Assembly: GCA_963736025.1 (NCBI GenBank)
Contig: CAVTNH010000010.1
Coordinates: forward strand, 2,322-66,321
Length of the DNA stretch: 64,000 nt
DNA from: an uncultured Chloroflexia bacterium
Lineage (GTDB): Bacteria > Chloroflexota > Limnocylindria > Limnocylindrales > CSP1-4
Direction: 5' to 3'
Shown here: positions 22,939 through 32,582 of the stretch, piece after piece
Numbering within the stretch: position 1 is the stretch's first letter
How the letters are laid out: each line of letters begins with the position of its first letter
Made by a program: the position numbers and the translations under genes
The notes under the pieces: model-generated
Told to the model about the DNA's origin: nothing
Seen by the model: the letters and a program-made list of their open reading frames with translations, nothing else
Database searches by the model: none

Positions 22939-23862
22939 TCAGCGGAACCAGGCGAGCACGGCACCCGCGGCGTCGTCCGTGGCCGGTCCGGCCACGCGCT
23001 TCCACTCGAGCGACGCGTCGTAGATCGCGATCGCGATCGCATCGTCGCGCTGCACCCACGCCACGGCGAGGCGGTCGCCCGTGGCATCGAGGGCCATCGA
23101 GATCGCGGCGACGGCGTCAGGCGGCGGATCGACGACCGCGAGGATGGCGGCACCCCCATCCAGCCAGGCCGTCGTGGATCGGATCTCGATCCGCTGGCTC
23201 CCTCCCTCGGCCGCTGCCAGGGTCGTGCCGTCGGCGGACGTCGCAAGGAGCCGGGCACCCGCCGGCCCTGCGGTCACCGTGCCCGCCTCCGTGTCCACGA
23301 GGACCGACGTCGGCGCCTCGTCGGTGCCGGTCACGATGGCCACGAGATCTGGCCCGACCCAGGCCGGCGGCGCGTGGCCGACCGGCCGGCCGAGCTCGAC
23401 CTCGGTCGCGGTCCAGTCCGACGGATCGATGAGCGCCAGCCGCGGGTCGGCGTCGAAGTCCCCGGCCACGGCCGCCACGCGGCCACCATCGGGGTCCCAG
23501 ACCGGGAAGGCGAACGGGCCGACGGCCTCGGCTCCTGTCGCGAGCGTCACCATCGCGTCCTCCCATGTCGGGCCGCGGTTCGCACGGATCGGATCGCTGA
23601 TCGCGATCGTTCCGTCGGCGAGCCCGAGGGCGAGGACGTCGGCTCGCCCCGCCGCGACCCACGTCGCGCCGTCGGGGATCTCGATCGGCCTGTCGGCGTC
23701 CCGCCTGGTCCAGGTCCGAAGATCGGTCTGGCTCGTGTCGCCCGCGAGGAGGAGCAGGCCGTCGAGTCGGGACTCGGACGGCCGGTCCGGCCCGCAGCCA
23801 CCGAGCACCGTCACGGCGAGGAGGCAGGCGGCGGCGAGCGGCCGGAACGCGACGGGTCGCAT
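22939..23862 (-). CDS. lipoprotein with PD40/TolB-like beta-propeller repeats
   Basis: Lipobox LAVTVLGGC. Repeated xDGxxLA strands (WDPDGGRVAAV, TSADGTTLAAA, DATGDRLAVAW). Last gene of the four-gene operon. Confidence 0.6.
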   Translation of the reverse strand: MRPVAFRPLAAACLLAVTVLGGCGPDRPSESRLDGLLLLAGDTSQTDLRTWTRRDADRPIEIPDGATWVAAGRADVLALGLADGTIAISDPIRANRGPTWEDAMVTLATGAEAVGPFAFPVWDPDGGRVAAVAGDFDADPRLALIDPSDWTATEVELGRPVGHAPPAWVGPDLVAIVTGTDEAPTSVLVDTEAGTVTAGPAGARLLATSADGTTLAAAEGGSQRIEIRSTTAWLDGGAAILAVVDPPPDAVAAISMALDATGDRLAVAWVQRDDAIAIAIYDASLEWKRVAGPATDDAAGAVLAWFR

Positions 23863-23915
23863 GGCGCGACGAGTGTGCCATCGGGCGTGGCGGGGCGCCC
23901 GGGCGGGCAGGCCGG

Positions 23916-24455
23916 TCAGGTCACGTCGAGCTGCCAGTACCAGGTCGCCGAATCGCCGCCGTCGAAGCGGATCGTCACGGCCACCGTCCAGCGACCGGGG
24001 ACCGGGACGGCGAACGCGATGGTGCCGGATCCCTCTCCCGCCGGGACGGCCCCCGACCCGTTCGTGGACGTGCCGGGGGCTCGGACGGCGGTCCAGGTGT
24101 CGATCCGCGTCGGATCGGCGAGGGTGACCGACAGCGGCTCGCCGGCCCCGACCGCGATCGGCGCCCCGGGCAGCCACGGGCTGTCCGACCCGCCGCCGCC
24201 CCAGGTGAACGTGCCGAGCTGACCGACGACCGGGTCGCCGCCTTCGGCGGCCAGGGCCGCGTCCGGCGGGAGGGCGGAGGTCGAGGGTGACGCGACCGCG
24301 GATGCCACCGGGCTGGCGCTCGCGACTGACGGCGACGGGCCGGGCGTGGCGGCCGCCCCGGTCGGTGTCGGCGACGCGGCCGCACCGGGCCCGCACGCGG
24401 CGACCAGCGCGGCCACCGCGAGGACCATGAGACGGGTGGAGGTCGAGCGGGTCAC
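23916..24455 (-). CDS. small lipoprotein, unknown function
   Basis: Lipobox LVAAC, an Ala/Pro/Ser linker, and a beta-rich C-terminal domain. The GTG start overlaps the upstream stop (GTGA). Confidence 0.55.
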   Translation of the reverse strand: MTRSTSTRLMVLAVAALVAACGPGAAASPTPTGAAATPGPSPSVASASPVASAVASPSTSALPPDAALAAEGGDPVVGQLGTFTWGGGGSDSPWLPGAPIAVGAGEPLSVTLADPTRIDTWTAVRAPGTSTNGSGAVPAGEGSGTIAFAVPVPGRWTVAVTIRFDGGDSATWYWQLDVT

Positions 24456-25570
24456 GGGGTCTCCTTTCCGAACGCGGAGCCGGCCGCCCCGCGAGCGACG
24501 GCCGGATCGGCGGCGGGCACCGACAACGGGCAGGGCGGCGTGGCGCAGTCGGGGACCGGAACCAGCACGACCGGCGACGTGTCGCCATTCAGGCCCTCGT
24601 CTGCCGGCGTCTTGAAGACCGCCCGGAACTCGGTCGAGGCGAGGAGCAGGATCACGAGGCTGTAGGTGCCGGAGCTGCCGACGGCCATCGGACCGACGGT
24701 GATCCAGGTCGTCGTGCCGCGCGGCCGGCGTTGCAGGGTCACCGTCCGACCCGAGACCGCGTTGCCGCGCAGCCGGTCATAGGCCGCGACGTCGGCGACC
24801 TTGAGCGTGGCGGTGAGCGTGGTGGTGTCCCGGTAGGCGACCGACGTCGGCGAGGCGGCGAGGGTCAGCGTGGTCGACACGTTCAGGCAGGTCGAGTACT
24901 TCGCGGTCGAGCTCGTCACGTCGTACTCGCGCTGGAGCGTGGCGACGTCGCAGGTCCCGAAGCGGTGCGTGTTCCAACCCTTCTCGGGCTTCGCCCGCGA
25001 CACCGTCTGGACGACGGCATCGTCGTAGTCGCGCTCGTCCGCGTAGTTCACGTGGTGGTTGAGGATCTCGACGTGGCCGAACTCGTCGAGCGCGATCGTC
25101 TCGACGTCGAAGCAGCCATTCGGCGGACTCGCGTACGTCTGGCACCACTTGAGCGTGCCCCAGTCGAACCGGTGGCCCTGCTCGCGAAGCCACATCGTGA
25201 AGCCGTCCGGCGCGTTGCGGGTGAAGCAGGCGATCCCGTTCGGACCGCACGTGGCGCCGACGCCGTAGCCGATCGGGTTCGTCCCGTCCGCGTCGTACGC
25301 GAACGTGGCGGCCTTCGAGGCCCTGGTCGACGACGCGTCGGCCGCGGCTGCCCTGATCGCCGTCTTGACCGCCGCCGGCGGGGCCGCGCCGGTCCGCCAG
25401 TCGAACAGCAGCGCCTGGTTCTGCCCGAACAGCGGCCCACCGAGGACCGGGTCCGGGCCGTGGCCGGCAGCCGTCGAGGCGAGGCCCGTCAGCAATGCGA
25501 TGGCCAGCCCCACGGCCATGGGCCGGAGCGCGGCGCGGCGACGCCGGAGCGAACGTGTCATCGGGATCAT
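24452..25570 (-). CDS. secreted metzincin-like protein with a variant zinc motif and a C-terminal Ig-like domain
   Basis: The signal peptide ends ...STAAG/HGPDP. The motif LDEFGHVEILNHH (25052-25090) matches HExxHxxGxxH except that the first His is Asp and the Gly is Ile. The C-terminus (TLTLAASPTSVAYRDTTTLTATLKV...GRTVTLQRR) is Ig-like. Confidence 0.6.
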   Translation of the reverse strand: MIPMTRSLRRRRAALRPMAVGLAIALLTGLASTAAGHGPDPVLGGPLFGQNQALLFDWRTGAAPPAAVKTAIRAAAADASSTRASKAATFAYDADGTNPIGYGVGATCGPNGIACFTRNAPDGFTMWLREQGHRFDWGTLKWCQTYASPPNGCFDVETIALDEFGHVEILNHHVNYADERDYDDAVVQTVSRAKPEKGWNTHRFGTCDVATLQREYDVTSSTAKYSTCLNVSTTLTLAASPTSVAYRDTTTLTATLKVADVAAYDRLRGNAVSGRTVTLQRRPRGTTTWITVGPMAVGSSGTYSLVILLLASTEFRAVFKTPADEGLNGDTSPVVLVPVPDCATPPCPLSVPAADPAVARGAAGSAFGKETP

Positions 25571-26739
25571 CGGGTCACCTCGTCGAGCGGGACGGAACGG
25601 CCGTCGGGGACGTGGCGGAGCGTCGGCCGGGCCGCGTCGGCGGGCAGTCCGACCGGCAGCCGGCCGTCGGGGGACAGCAGGACCCAGTCCGGCGGCAAAC
25701 GGGTGCCGCTCTCGGACCGGACGGCGTCGGGAGTGAGTCGCAGGCCGGCCGGGATCGCCCCGAGGTCGGCCGTGGCGCGCCCGTCGGGCGAGACCGATCG
25801 AAGCCGGCGGCCGAACGGGCCGTCCCATTCGTGGACCACGCGCGCATCGGGGCCAGTGCCGGCGAGCGTGGCGAGGCCAGCGGCATCGGTGAGCGGCACC
25901 TGGCCGCCCGAATCGGCGTCCACCGACAGGAGCGGGCAGGGGAGACCGCGGCACGCCGCGTAGCTCACGAGGCGTGGTCCGGCCATGCCGACCAGCGGTC
26001 CGAGCGCGGGGTCGGCGATGAGGCGGACCGGCCCGCCCGCCACTGCGGGCTCGAGGACGCGCGTCCGGCAGGCCGTCTCGCCGCACGACTGGACAGCAAG
26101 CCGGTCGCCCTCGAGCGACCAGGTGAACTCCGTGGACCACGTCCGCCCGAAGCGCCCGTCTGCCGGGATCGGCTCCAGCACACGCGACGCCGGCTCGGAT
26201 CCGTCGAGCGACCGCCGCCAGACGCCGAGATCGGCCCGGCTGGTCCGGTCGACGCGGCTCTCGAAGACGGCGTCGCCGCCCGGACTGATCGTGGCGCGCC
26301 GGATGACATCGGCCACGGCCGCGACCGCCGAGGTGCAACCGGTGGCGACGTCGATCGTGAAGAGACGCGACGTGGCGCCGTCATCGGCCCCGACGAGCAG
26401 CAGGCGTCCGAACGGCCCCGCCGCGAACGACTCGGCGGGGAGTGCCATGACCCGCGCGGATCCGCGTTCGTGGATGCCCATCGACAGGCGCTGGCCGACC
26501 AACGCGCCGTCCGCGTCCAGGGTCGGATCGAGCCGCATCCACGCACCGGTGCCGAGGTCGGCGAGCGTCACGGCCCTGGCCTCCCGGGCGGCGGCGATCC
26601 TCGCGTCGGCGCCTCCGCCGCAGGCGAGCGGCGTCCATGGGCGATCCCGCGCCGCCTGTGTCGACGAACCGATGGCGACAACCGCGCCCAGCGCGATGAC
26701 GCCGGGACCGATCGCCCGCAGCCATCGATGCTCCGCCAT
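25567..26739 (-). CDS. N-terminally anchored exported protein with PD40-like repeats
   Basis: One N-terminal TM/signal segment (GPGVIALGAVVAIG), SPDG-type repeats (ISPGGDAVF, VSPDGRATA, LLSPDGRLP), and several Cys pairs. The stop overlaps the next start (ATGA). Confidence 0.55.
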   Translation of the reverse strand: MAEHRWLRAIGPGVIALGAVVAIGSSTQAARDRPWTPLACGGGADARIAAAREARAVTLADLGTGAWMRLDPTLDADGALVGQRLSMGIHERGSARVMALPAESFAAGPFGRLLLVGADDGATSRLFTIDVATGCTSAVAAVADVIRRATISPGGDAVFESRVDRTSRADLGVWRRSLDGSEPASRVLEPIPADGRFGRTWSTEFTWSLEGDRLAVQSCGETACRTRVLEPAVAGGPVRLIADPALGPLVGMAGPRLVSYAACRGLPCPLLSVDADSGGQVPLTDAAGLATLAGTGPDARVVHEWDGPFGRRLRSVSPDGRATADLGAIPAGLRLTPDAVRSESGTRLPPDWVLLSPDGRLPVGLPADAARPTLRHVPDGRSVPLDEVTR

Positions 26740-26870
26740 GTCCTTGACCTCCCCCGGCGGTGGCAGACGGCGGGCGGAGGCGAGGCCGGCATCGTCGCAG
26801 GCGGCCCTTATCGGGCGCTTATCGGGCGCTCATCCGGCGGTGAGCGAGTCGCCCCCGATGGGCGCTGTGC

Positions 26871-26876
26871 TACGCT
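26871..26876 (+). promoter_or_regulatory. candidate -10 box (TGcTACGCT) driving the B12 riboswitch leader
   Basis: Extended -10-like sequence about 10 nt before the riboswitch begins. Confidence 0.4.
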
Positions 26877-26882
26877 CCGGGC

Positions 26883-27000
26883 GCAAAACAGACCCACGCC
26901 GCGTGGTCGCGAAGCCGGTGCGATTCCGGCACAGTCCCGCTACGGTGACCGCCCTCTCGGGGGCGGAAGTCCGGTCGCCGACCCACGGTGCTTTGCTCGA
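26883..27000 (+). promoter_or_regulatory. cobalamin (B12) riboswitch
   Basis: Core GAAGCCGGUGCGAUUCCGGCACAGUCCCGCUACGGUGA followed by GGAAGUCCGGUCGCCGACC. This matches the conserved Cbl aptamer (GGGAA-CCGGUG-AAUCCGG-CUGCCCCGC-ACUGUAA and the B12-box region). It sits directly upstream of btuF/cob genes. Confidence 0.75.
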
Positions 27001-27043
27001 ACCTTCGAGAGAAAGGTAGGCAGGACCGTGCGATCCACCGGAT

Positions 27044-27077
27044 AAGCCCCTCCCTTCGAACCAGAAGCGAGGGGCTT
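27044..27077 (+). promoter_or_regulatory. expression-platform hairpin of the B12 riboswitch
   Basis: A 9-bp stem AAGCCCCUC/GAGGGGCUU lies between the aptamer and the GGAGG at 27116-27120. The U-tract is weak, so control may be translational. Confidence 0.35.
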
Positions 27078-27128
27078 CGCGATTCCTCGCGACCCTCGCG
27101 CTCCTTCCACCATCCGGAGGCTCCACGC

Positions 27129-28191
27129 GTGTCCACCACCCGTTCCCCGTTCCGCCCGTTGCTGGTGCTCGTCGCGCTCGCTGCGATCCTGTTCGGCGCG
27201 TGCACCGGCGCCGCCGCGTCGGCGACGCCTGCCGCCACGACCAGCCCGAGCGCCGCGGTCGCCACCGCCGCGCCGTCGCCCGCCTCGCCCTCCGCCTCGC
27301 CGACGCCCGCCGCGGTGTACCCGGCGAACGTCGTTGACGACGAGGGCACCGCGGTCTGGATCCCCGCCGAACCGCAGAAGATCGTCTCCATCACCCCGGC
27401 CAACACCGAGATCCTCTACGCGATCGGCGCCGGCGACCGAGTCGTCGCCGTCGACGAAACGAGTGACTATCCCGACGACCCGAAGCTCAAGGCCCTGCCC
27501 GACGTCGCGACCTTCGGGTCGGTCGATGTCGAGAAGATCGTGAGCCTGGGCGCCGACCTCGTCGTTGCGGGCGGGAACGGCTTCAATCCGCCCGACGCGA
27601 TCACGCAGCTCCGCTCCGTCGGCATCCCGGTCCTCGTCCTGTACGCACCGTCGGTGGACGGCGTCTACAAGGACATCGAGCTCGTCGGCGATGCGGTCGG
27701 CAAGGCAGATGAGGCCGAGGCCCTGACCGCGACGATGAAGACCGAGATGGACGCGATCGCCTCGGCTGCATCGGCCGCCTCGGCTGCTGCGGGGACCAAG
27801 CCGCGCGGTCTTCTACGACGTCGGCTACACCGACGCCACCGGGGAGATCTTCGGTGCGGCCGAGGGCTCGTTCCTCGCCGAGATGGTCGGGCTGCTCGGG
27901 GTCGACGTCATCACCAGCGACCCGGTGACCTACGCGATCCCGCTCGAGACACTCATCGAGAAGGACCCGCAGGTCATCCTCCTGGGCGTCAACGCCTTCT
28001 ACGCCCCGACGCCCGAGATCGTCTCGAAGCGCACCGGGTGGTCGGTGCTGACCGCGGTCAAGAACGGCGACATCCGTCCGGTCCAGGACACCGAGATCAC
28101 CCGCCCGGGGCCGCGTCTGCCGACCGGCCTGCGCAATCTCGCGTTGGGCATGTACCCCGACATCGTGCTCCCCGCGGCAGCCACGAACTGA
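27129..28191 (+). pseudogene. btuF: cobalamin/siderophore-type ABC substrate-binding lipoprotein, one +1 shift near 27807
   Basis: Lipobox LFGAC. KIVSITPANTEILYAIGAGDRVVAVD is typical of BtuF/FecB. After ...GTKPR the protein continues in ORF 27883..28191 (VFYDVGYTDATGEIFGAAEGSFLAEMVGLLGV...). Confidence 0.8.
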
Positions 28192-28198
28192 GCGTGCT

Positions 28199-29275
28199 GT
28201 GTCCGTGACGGCGCTCTCTCCCGACCTCGGAACGCTCGGCCTGGCCGAGCGCATCCGGGGGCGCCCGGGACTGATCGCCGTCGCGGGACTCGTCGCGCTC
28301 GCGGTGCTGCTCGTCGCCGGGGTGACGCTCGGGTCGGCCCGGATCGGCCCCGGCGACACCGTCGGCGTCATCCTCTGGCGGACGCTGGGCCTCGACTTCG
28401 GGCGGACCTGGACCGAGGCCACCGAGACGATCGTGTGGGACCTGCGGGTGCCACGCGTCCTGACGGCCATGCTGGTGGGCGCGGGACTGGCCGTCTCCGG
28501 CGCCACGCTCCAGGGCCTGATCCGCAATCCACTGGCCGACCCGTACATCCTCGGCACCGCGACCGGTGCCGCCCTCGGGGCGGCCATCGCGGTCCTCATC
28601 CCGGTCCGGCTCGTGGTGGTCGAATTCGGCCTGCTCCACGGGCTCGCGTTCGCAGGTGCGCTCGCGACCGCGTACCTCGTCCTCCGCGTCGGCGGCTCAG
28701 GAGCGGCCGGCGGGCTCACGCGGCTGCTCCTCACCGGCTACGCGATCAGCTCCGTGCTGGCCGCGCTCCTCACGATGGCGATGTACGTCTCGGGGACGAA
28801 TCTCCGCCAGATCTTCTCGTTCCTGCTCGGCGGTCTCGGCGGGTCGTCGTGGACGCGCCTGCTCGTCGCGGCGCCGCTGATCCTCGGCGCGTGCCTGGTG
28901 CTGACGCTGCGAGCGAGGATCCTCGACGGGTTCCTGCTCGGTGACACGGCGGCCAGCCACCTCGGCCTCGACGTCAGGCACGAGCGGCGGATCCTCCTCG
29001 GGCTCGCGTCGCTGGCGACGGCCGCGGCGGTCGCCATCAGCGGGCTCATCGGGTTCGTCGGGCTCGTCGTGCCGCACGTCGTGCGCCTGCTCGTCGGGCC
29101 GACCGCCCGACGGCTGGTGCCGCTGTCCGCGCTCTTCGGGGCGGTCCTCCTCTCGGCGGCCGATCTCCTGGCCCGGCTCGTGGGCGACGTCCCGGTCGGG
29201 GTGGTCATGGCGCTCATCGGGGCGCCGTTCTTCCTGATCCTGCTGGCCCGAACCCGCTCGGGGTACGAGCTGTGA
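28199..29275 (+). CDS. btuC: FecCD/BtuC-type ABC permease
   Basis: 358 aa, about 9-10 TM segments. RVPRVLTAMLVGAGLAVSGATLQGLIRNPLADPYILG. Confidence 0.9.
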   Translation: MSVTALSPDLGTLGLAERIRGRPGLIAVAGLVALAVLLVAGVTLGSARIGPGDTVGVILWRTLGLDFGRTWTEATETIVWDLRVPRVLTAMLVGAGLAVSGATLQGLIRNPLADPYILGTATGAALGAAIAVLIPVRLVVVEFGLLHGLAFAGALATAYLVLRVGGSGAAGGLTRLLLTGYAISSVLAALLTMAMYVSGTNLRQIFSFLLGGLGGSSWTRLLVAAPLILGACLVLTLRARILDGFLLGDTAASHLGLDVRHERRILLGLASLATAAAVAISGLIGFVGLVVPHVVRLLVGPTARRLVPLSALFGAVLLSAADLLARLVGDVPVGVVMALIGAPFFLILLARTRSGYEL

Positions 29276-30051
29276 TCGCCGAGCCGGTCGTCGCGCAGGC
29301 GATCCTCGCGGCCCGGTCCGTGACCATCGGCTACGGCGCGCGGGACATCGTGGCCGGGGTGGACCTGTCGATCGCCGCGGGCGAGCGGCTCGCCCTCGTC
29401 GGTCCGAACGGCGCCGGCAAGTCGACGCTCCTGCGGGCACTCACCGGCGTCCTCGCACCCCGCTCGGGCGAGGTCAGCCAGGGCGGCGTCCCGATGGCGT
29501 CGCTCGAGCGCCGAGCCGTGGCCCGCACGATCGCGGTCGTGCCGGAGCTCGCGCAGCTGCCGTTCGAGATGCGCGTCGACGACGTCGTGGCGCTCGGCCG
29601 GCTGCCGCATGAGCCGCCGCTCGGTGGCCCCCGACCGGCCGACCGCGCCGCCGTCACGGCCGCGATCGACCGGGTCGGCGTCGGCCACCTGCGCCACCGC
29701 GACGCACGGGAGCTCTCGATGGGCGAGCGCCAGCTCGTCTTCATCGCGATCGCCCTCGCCCAGGCGGCCCCGATCCTGGTGCTCGACGAGCCGACCGCCC
29801 ACCTCGACATCCGCCACCAGGTCGACGTGATGGAGCTGCTCGTCGACCTCAACGAGCGCGACGGCACGACGATCATCGCCGTCCTGCACGACCTCGCCCT
29901 GGCAGCCCATTTCTTCCCACGGATCGCGGTCATGGCCGGCGGCCGGATCGTCGCCGACGGGCCACCCGCCGAGACGCTCGACGACCGGCACATCCGCGAC
30001 GTCTTCGGCGTGGACCCGGCCCTCGTCCGGTTGCCGGTCGGCGCGGCCTGA
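29272..30051 (+). CDS. btuD: ABC transporter ATP-binding protein (BtuD/FecE type)
   Basis: Walker A GPNGAGKST, signature LSMGERQLVFIAIAL, Walker B LVLDEPTAHLD. The start overlaps the btuC stop. Confidence 0.9.
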   Translation: MIAEPVVAQAILAARSVTIGYGARDIVAGVDLSIAAGERLALVGPNGAGKSTLLRALTGVLAPRSGEVSQGGVPMASLERRAVARTIAVVPELAQLPFEMRVDDVVALGRLPHEPPLGGPRPADRAAVTAAIDRVGVGHLRHRDARELSMGERQLVFIAIALAQAAPILVLDEPTAHLDIRHQVDVMELLVDLNERDGTTIIAVLHDLALAAHFFPRIAVMAGGRIVADGPPAETLDDRHIRDVFGVDPALVRLPVGAA

Positions 30052-30052
30052 G

Positions 30053-30847
30053 ATGGGCGACGTGACGGTGATCGTGCGGGAGCGAGCCAGCCTCCCCACG
30101 CGGACCGCGGCCGAGGTCCGCGCGGCGTTCGCCCTCCTGACGCGCCTGCCGGTCGGCACGGCCGGGCTGGACGCCACGGGCGCGCCGGCGTTCGCCGTGG
30201 TCGGCGCGGTCGTCGGCATCCTGGGCGCCGTGCCGTTCGTGCTCCTCGGCCCGGGCGAGCCGCTCCTGGCCGCGGTCGCGGCGGTCGCGGTGATGGCCCT
30301 CGTCTCCGGCGCCCTTCACCTCGACGGCCTCGCGGACACCGCCGACGCGCTGCTGGTCGCCGATCGGGGCCGCGCCGAGCAGGCTCGCAAGGACCCGGCG
30401 ATCGGCCCGGGCGGCGCCGTGACGCTGGTGCTCGTCCTGGGGGCACAGGTGGCAGCGCTCTCGAGCCTCGCGCCGGCCGGTCCGTTGCTCGGCGCGGCGG
30501 TCTGCGTCGTGGCCGGGACCGTGTCGCGGCTCGTGCCCGTCGTCCTGCCGAGGCTGGCCCGAGGACGCCCGCGGACAGGCGGCCTCGGCTCCTGGTTCGC
30601 CGAGAGGGTCAGCACGCTCGACGTGCTCGTGGCGGTCGTCACCGGGGTCGCCATCGTGGCAGTGGCCGCGGTCCTCGCGGGCTCGGCGATCCCGCTCGTC
30701 GGGGCAGTGAGCGGCCTCGTCGTCGGGTTGCTCGCCGGTGTCTCGATCGTCGCCGCGCGCGGACAGCTCGACGGGGACGGGCTCGGGGCGAGCGTCGAGC
30801 TGGCGCTGGCCGCGACGCTCGCCGCCTGCGCGATCGTCGCGCCATGA
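30053..30847 (+). CDS. cobS: adenosylcobinamide-GDP ribazoletransferase (cobalamin synthase)
   Basis: Polytopic membrane protein with the CobS motif GALHLDGLADTADAL. Confidence 0.85.
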   Translation: MGDVTVIVRERASLPTRTAAEVRAAFALLTRLPVGTAGLDATGAPAFAVVGAVVGILGAVPFVLLGPGEPLLAAVAAVAVMALVSGALHLDGLADTADALLVADRGRAEQARKDPAIGPGGAVTLVLVLGAQVAALSSLAPAGPLLGAAVCVVAGTVSRLVPVVLPRLARGRPRTGGLGSWFAERVSTLDVLVAVVTGVAIVAVAAVLAGSAIPLVGAVSGLVVGLLAGVSIVAARGQLDGDGLGASVELALAATLAACAIVAP

Positions 30848-30887
30848 CGCGACGACGTCTCGTCCCCGGTCGAGCGCGGAGGGCCCA

Positions 30888-31418
30888 GTGGCGCATCCGC
30901 TGATCCTCGCGCTCGGCGGCACGCGCAGCGGGAAGAGCCGGTACGGGCTGGCCGCCGCGCACCGTCTCGCCGGCGACGGCCGGGCATGGTTCCTCGCGAC
31001 CGCGTGGCCCGGCGACCCCGAACTCGACGACCGCATCGCCCGGCATCGCGCGCAACGGCCGGCGACGTGGCCCACGATCGAGGTCGGGGCGGATCTCGTC
31101 GACGCGCTGGGACGGACGGACCCGGCCGAGCCGGTCCTCATCGACGGCCTGACCCTCTGGCTCAGCACGCTCCTCGGCGACGAGCCCGGGCCGATCGACC
31201 CGATCCTCGATGGCCCCGTCGCCGCGGCGCTCGACGCGATCGCCGAGCGCCCCGGGCCGGTCATCGTCGTCAGCGACGAGGTCGGCTCGGGCATCGTGCC
31301 GATGCACGCGGGCGCCCGCGCCTATCGCGACCTCGTCGGGATCACCCACCAGCGCCTCGCCGCGCTCGCGGACGAGGCGGTCCTGATGGTCGCCGGGCTG
31401 CCGGTCCGACTCCGATGA
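30888..31418 (+). CDS. cobU: adenosylcobinamide kinase / adenosylcobinamide-phosphate guanylyltransferase
   Basis: P-loop LGGTRSGKS, the HR..R motif (RIARHRAQRP), and VSDEVGSGIVP. Confidence 0.85.
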   Translation: MAHPLILALGGTRSGKSRYGLAAAHRLAGDGRAWFLATAWPGDPELDDRIARHRAQRPATWPTIEVGADLVDALGRTDPAEPVLIDGLTLWLSTLLGDEPGPIDPILDGPVAAALDAIAERPGPVIVVSDEVGSGIVPMHAGARAYRDLVGITHQRLAALADEAVLMVAGLPVRLR

Positions 31419-32578
31419 CGACGCCCGAGGTCCGCGACGCCCAGGAGTCCGCGCGATCCATCGACCGACGAGAAGGCCATCCTCGACCTCCTCGAGGGGA
31501 TCGATCCGCTCGACGCCGACGCGATGGCGGCCGCCGAGGCGTTGCTCGATCGCCTGACCAAGCCACCCGGCAGCCTCGGCCGGCTCGAATCGCTGGTCGT
31601 CCAGCTCGCCGGCATCACCGGGCGGACCGACGCCCCGGTCGTCCGCCGCGCGATCGTCGTCGCGGCCGGAGATCACGGCGTGACCCGCCACGGGGTGTCC
31701 GCCTATCCGTCCGACGTGACCGCCCAGATGGTCGCCAACTTCGTCGCCGGCGGCGCGGCGATCAACGTGCTGGCCGCCGAGGTCGGGGCCACGGTCGTCG
31801 TGGTCGACGTGGGCGTGGCCGGTCCGATCCCCGCCGCGGATCGCGACGCGGCGCGCGGGGGCCGCCTGGTCGAGGCCCGCATCCGCGCGGGCACGGCCGA
31901 CATGACCGAGGGCCCGGCGATGACGCGGGCACGAGGCGCTGCCGGTCGATCCAGGTCGGCCTGGACGTCGTGGCCGAGCTGCGCGCCGGCGGGCTCGACC
32001 TCGTCGGCCTCGGCGAGATGGGCATCGGCAACACGACGGCAGCAAGCGCGATCACCGCGGCGCTGACCGGACGGCCCGTGGGACTCGTGACGGGTCGCGG
32101 CACGGGCGTCGACGCGGACGGGCACCGTCGCAAGGTCGCGGCCATCGAGCGGGCGATCGAGGTCAACCGGCCGGACGCGTCGGACCCGATCGGCGTGCTC
32201 GCGGCCGTCGGCGGGCTCGAGATCGGCGTGCTGGTCGGCGTCATCGCCGGCGCCGCCGCGGCCGGGATCCCCGTCGTGCTCGACGGCTTCATCACGGGCT
32301 CGGCCGCGCTGATCGCCGCAGCCCTCCAGCCGGCCGTCGTGCCGCGCCTGATCGCCGGCCACCGCTCGCCCGAGCCGGGACACGCAGTCATCCTCGACCA
32401 CCTCGGCCTGGCACCCGTCCTTGACCTGGAGTTGCGCCTCGGAGAGGGGAGCGGCGCAGCTCTGGCGATGGGACTGGTGTCGGCCGCGGTGGCCATCCGC
32501 GACGGGATGGCGACGTTCGAATCGGCGGCGGTCTCGGCCGCGATCCTGGACTCGGCCGACGCGACCCGGCCGGCCTGA
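31415..32578 (+). pseudogene. cobT: nicotinate-nucleotide--dimethylbenzimidazole phosphoribosyltransferase, two frame changes (~31465 and ~31948)
   Basis: ATG 31415 overlaps the cobU stop. [41 protein letters not shown] is in a second frame. [30 protein letters not shown]...LRLGEGSGAALA is back in the first frame. Confidence 0.85.
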
Positions 32579-32582
32579 GGTC

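Noticed and set aside
28738-31294. Minus-strand ORFs of 493 aa and 454 aa, plus other overlapping frames
   Set aside because: They lie antisense to btuC/btuD/cobS/cobU and have no motifs. They are high-G+C artefacts.
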